From positions 7,380,001 to 7,444,000 of the forward strand of contig CM119371.1 of NCBI GenBank assembly GCA_051294905.1: a stretch of 64,000 bases of DNA, given 5' to 3'. A program made the position numbers and the translations under genes. The stretch's first letter is position 1. Each line of letters opens with the position of its first letter. Shown piece after piece: positions 60,490 to 64,000 of this stretch. The DNA is from Botryllus schlosseri (lineage: Eukaryota). The notes beneath the pieces are model-generated. The model was not told where the DNA came from, ran no database searches, and was given only the letters and a program-made list of their open reading frames with translations.

Positions 60490-63400
60490 TTGAATTACAT
60501 CACGTTACTGAATTCAGTAACTACTATTTTTGGTCTCTATGCTTTACGCTCAAAGTTTATATTATGTACGATTTGTTCCTTGTATAGGTGGATAAAGACG
60601 CGATTGATGTATCGATTCAGCAATCCGGTCTGCCAAGTACTTCATGTTTCCATATCCGGTCCGCTGAACGGAGTAGTTGCCCGCCCCCGTTCTAAATGTT
60701 CACCGCATAATAATCAGGTTGACAACTCGCTAGATTCCCAATTTCATGCTTTCAACACAGTTTATTTTTAGAAACAATAGACAAGTAAGAAACCCAATAA
60801 TGCGTGATTCATTTCGCAGGAAATCATGAGAATTTACTCTTATGCAGTTGTAAGCAACAGATAGAACGAAGACAGAGATACATTGAATTTCAAGCTTAAC
60901 CTGAACACAGTCGTGTCTTAGAATGAGCATTGAGCAACCTACATTGCAGATTCGCTAAGTCAAGAAAGAGACCGTGTTTCGTCTTCGGGAACAGTGAAGG
61001 TTAACAAATCAGCAAAAGCAGTGGTTCTTGTCCTTTTTCGTAGCCATAGCCCAATTTCCATTTTGCAAATATGCCATGACCCACCACTCGTCCTCAATCT
61101 CCTTTTAAGCCACTGCAATACGGCAGGTTTAGGCTTAGCAGTTCATATCAAATCATATTTCGTACTCATGAGCACGAGAATGGAAAATATGTATCGTAAG
61201 CTTGGCTCGTTTCGAAACTACACAGTCATTCAGTAGGCTTTACAGGAAAACCGAAATTAGAGAGGAACGTTTCCCAAATTAGATTAGAGTCAGATTACAG
61301 GCATTTTCCTCGAATTAGGCAAAATCAGACAATTGAAATTATCCAATTGTCCAAGTCTGTCTGGATTGTCTCCGCCTTTTTGGTTAACTATTTGATTTGG
61401 GGGTCCGACTTGGACTGTTACTTGGGGCCTGCAGTGCGCTTCGCCCTGTCACTAGATGTCGAAAAAAGCGAAGGAGGCGCTTTTCGTAATGAGTTCTCCC
61501 TCGACAAATTTGCAAATTTTGTCGGTGTCTGAGTCCGTTGTCGTGACAACCTGTGATCCAGGGAGGTCTGGGGATTAAATTTTACGAATTGTTCGTTTGA
61601 ATGAGCCGACACATTCGTACTCGCTTTGGAACGTCGCGCAGGACTGGCCGGTTCACGTCATACTCGATCTGCAAAAACAGAAGGGGGTCAGTCAATACTA
61701 ACATTGGAAACCCGGGATTTTAAGGTATATTTCTGATAGCGATTCCAGGATCAACTCTATTGAAATCCAGGGATTTAAAAAAGCATCTACGAGACCTGAC
61801 ACTACTTCCAGTTACATTTTTTCCGGCAATACTAGGTCTATAACACCTTACTTTTGATTTATTCGGAAATTTGTACTTGTACTTGAGTAGAAATTTACGA
61901 CGCTACTTATCCTTCCATTTCAGTAGCAACGATGAATACTTTGTTCTTCTCCTGAAACAGCGATGCCGAATGACCTCCAACCCCAACCTTCACCCACATT
62001 CGTCACCCACCTTTTTACATCGGAATCGACTGACTTTTCCTGTAGGCACCCGAACCAACAGTGGGTCTTGGGAAACTTTCTGGCGGTTCACTCCCAGCTA
62101 GTGGGCGGACATTTTATCAATTGGGTGCCGTGCCGGAAATCCTTCCCGAGCAAGGGTGACACTGGAACAAAAGGGTGTCAGTTTTTTGGGCAACACGAAG
62201 CAAATTGCGACACTGACACGATTACAATCATACACAGCGTCTTCTAAATTACATATAAGTAGAAGTTTGAAAAAAATCACATTACAATTACTGAATTTCT
62301 GAAAACTTGAACATTGAATGAAGTTCAGTTCATATTAAATAAGAGTTCAACTCATAAGCATGAAAATGGCAAATTCCTGTTTCTTGGCTCGATTCAAGCG
62401 ACACAGTTCGTCTAGATCAGTGGTTCCCAGCCTTTTTCGACTCATCGCCCCCTTTTGAAGCTCCACACCAATCATCGCCCCAAACCAAAACCAAAAAACA
62501 GCATTTCTTGACATAGGATGATAAACCAAACCCCAGTCCCCCTCAGCCAGTGGGCTTTTTGTCGGTACATATCAGCTATACCCTAATTCATGTACTGTTT
62601 GGTGAGTCACCGCATTTCGCCTAAACGGGCAAAGCGCGACAAATTTATATAATTCATGTTTGAATCGGTCAATATGGTCGATGCGGTATGTTGGTAAAGA
62701 TAGGAACCCTAAATATTAATCAAACATCTTCGGGCGGAATCGTTGTTATATTGACTTCTTTACATGGTGCTTCATATGTCTCGGTGCGTTCTGGGCGCAG
62801 TAATGGCCGCTCCCATTTCCATAACTCATGTGTATTTTTGTTGGGTGACGGGGACCCCAACAACAAGATACATAAAAAAGATTAAATCGCGCAAGACGCA
62901 AAAATTTTTTGAAAAAGTCACATGGATTTTTAATAAAATGACTCTATCATTCATGTTAATTCACGAAATAATTTTGGGCTTCCTTCGATTTCGGGCCCCC
63001 CCAACCCCAACTGGGGGGTTTGGGGTGCGGTAGTTACGGTCCCGACTCCAATATAGCCGTTTTAACGCGCCATCGCCCCCTTATTGCCCCTTCGTTGTTT
63101 TCGACCCCTTCGTCCGTTTTTGCCCCCCTATCGCCGCCTTCGTTATTTTCGCCCCCCTAGACCGCCACATCGCCCACGTTGGGAACCACTGGTCTAGATC
63201 CATTTCAGGAAAGCCAGAAAATAGATACGTTATAAAATTAGAGCATAGAAATATTTCATAAATGAGATAAGAATCACACAACTAAAAATATCTAGTTGTC
63301 CAAGTCTGCACATTGGTGGTCACCAACAAAGTACTTCTACTTTTCCCAAGTAATCGAGTATTTCCCCACTACTGGTAGCAACTACTAGAGTAACTATAAT

Positions 63401-64000
63401 TTCCGCTACTTTTACTTGTGATCTGTCATATTTCGTAACTTGACTACTTTTCACTATTTCCAGTTTGTCAAGCGGAAGTGTTATGTTCTTCTGATAAGAG
63501 AGATAGAGTGACTAAGGCGGAGAAATTCAAGTGCTGCTGTAGCGGAGAGCCCAGACTTGTCGCGCTTTGCGCGAATATATAAGGCGACCAATATCTTTCC
63601 ACTAAAGCAAGGGTGGCCAACAGTTTCGGCCAGAGGTCCACATGCGATCTAAGAGCCTTTGCGCGGGCCACTTGAATGTTGATGACCTTTTCAGTCGTCC
63701 GATAGGAGTGAACCAGACTAGGTAACGGTGAAAGACTTATCTGACTACTCATCAAAATTGGTACCTATTATTTCATGAAAACTCCTAGCTGCGCGAGAGG
63801 AGAAAAATTTCAAAGTTAATGAATCAATTCGGTCAATTATACTGTACCTTGCACATATTGCAGGCCGTCTCTGTTAACCGCTAGGCACATTTGGCAAGGG
63901 CAAGGAAGTCGCACGTTGGACGACACGTTCGCATAATCGCAAATATATAGTTATGTTCAATTCCGTATTCTGGGCGTATTTGGGGATACCCATACTAAAA
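60490..64000. repeat. Segmental duplication unit 6 (type B), partial, running off the window
   Basis: Colinear with 31410-34290 and 42960-45000. Confidence 0.78.
62418..63191. mobile_element. Charlie-type hAT MITE with TCGCCCC subterminal repeats
   Basis: TIR CAGTGGTTCCCA / TGGGAACCACTG; perfect TSD GTCTAGAT; empty sites at about 33878 and 44213. Confidence 0.92.

Overview
AT-rich, gene-poor eukaryotic DNA. It is most likely from an invertebrate animal, possibly a tunicate, but this is inferred from the repeat types and cannot be proven from the window. The window is a tandem segmental-duplication array of about six mosaic 9-14 kb units. Four units carry a BTB-BACK-Kelch (Cullin-3 adaptor-type) gene on the minus strand with an uninterrupted ORF of 538-548 aa, a fifth carries a 5'-truncated copy, and the sixth runs off the window. 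The Kelch paralogues are conserved in BTB/BACK and the blade strands but differ at almost every substrate-facing loop, and they look mosaic. Each unit also carries what appears to be a decayed multi-exon sequence. The array is densely invaded by non-autonomous elements, often nested: hAT, Kolobok-like and Tc1/mariner-like MITEs, two tRNA-derived SINE families, a LINE 3' end and a miniature LTR element. Because the paralogous units serve as internal controls, empty sites, TSDs and TA-xxx-TA excision footprints can be read directly. The most notable items are the loop-hypervariable Kelch array, a hAT MITE carrying two joined 28S rRNA fragments, the footprint spectrum, and the mini-LTR element with a minisatellite-expanded LTR end. 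All alignments were done by eye, and no intact tRNA or rRNA gene, CRISPR array or autonomous transposase was found.
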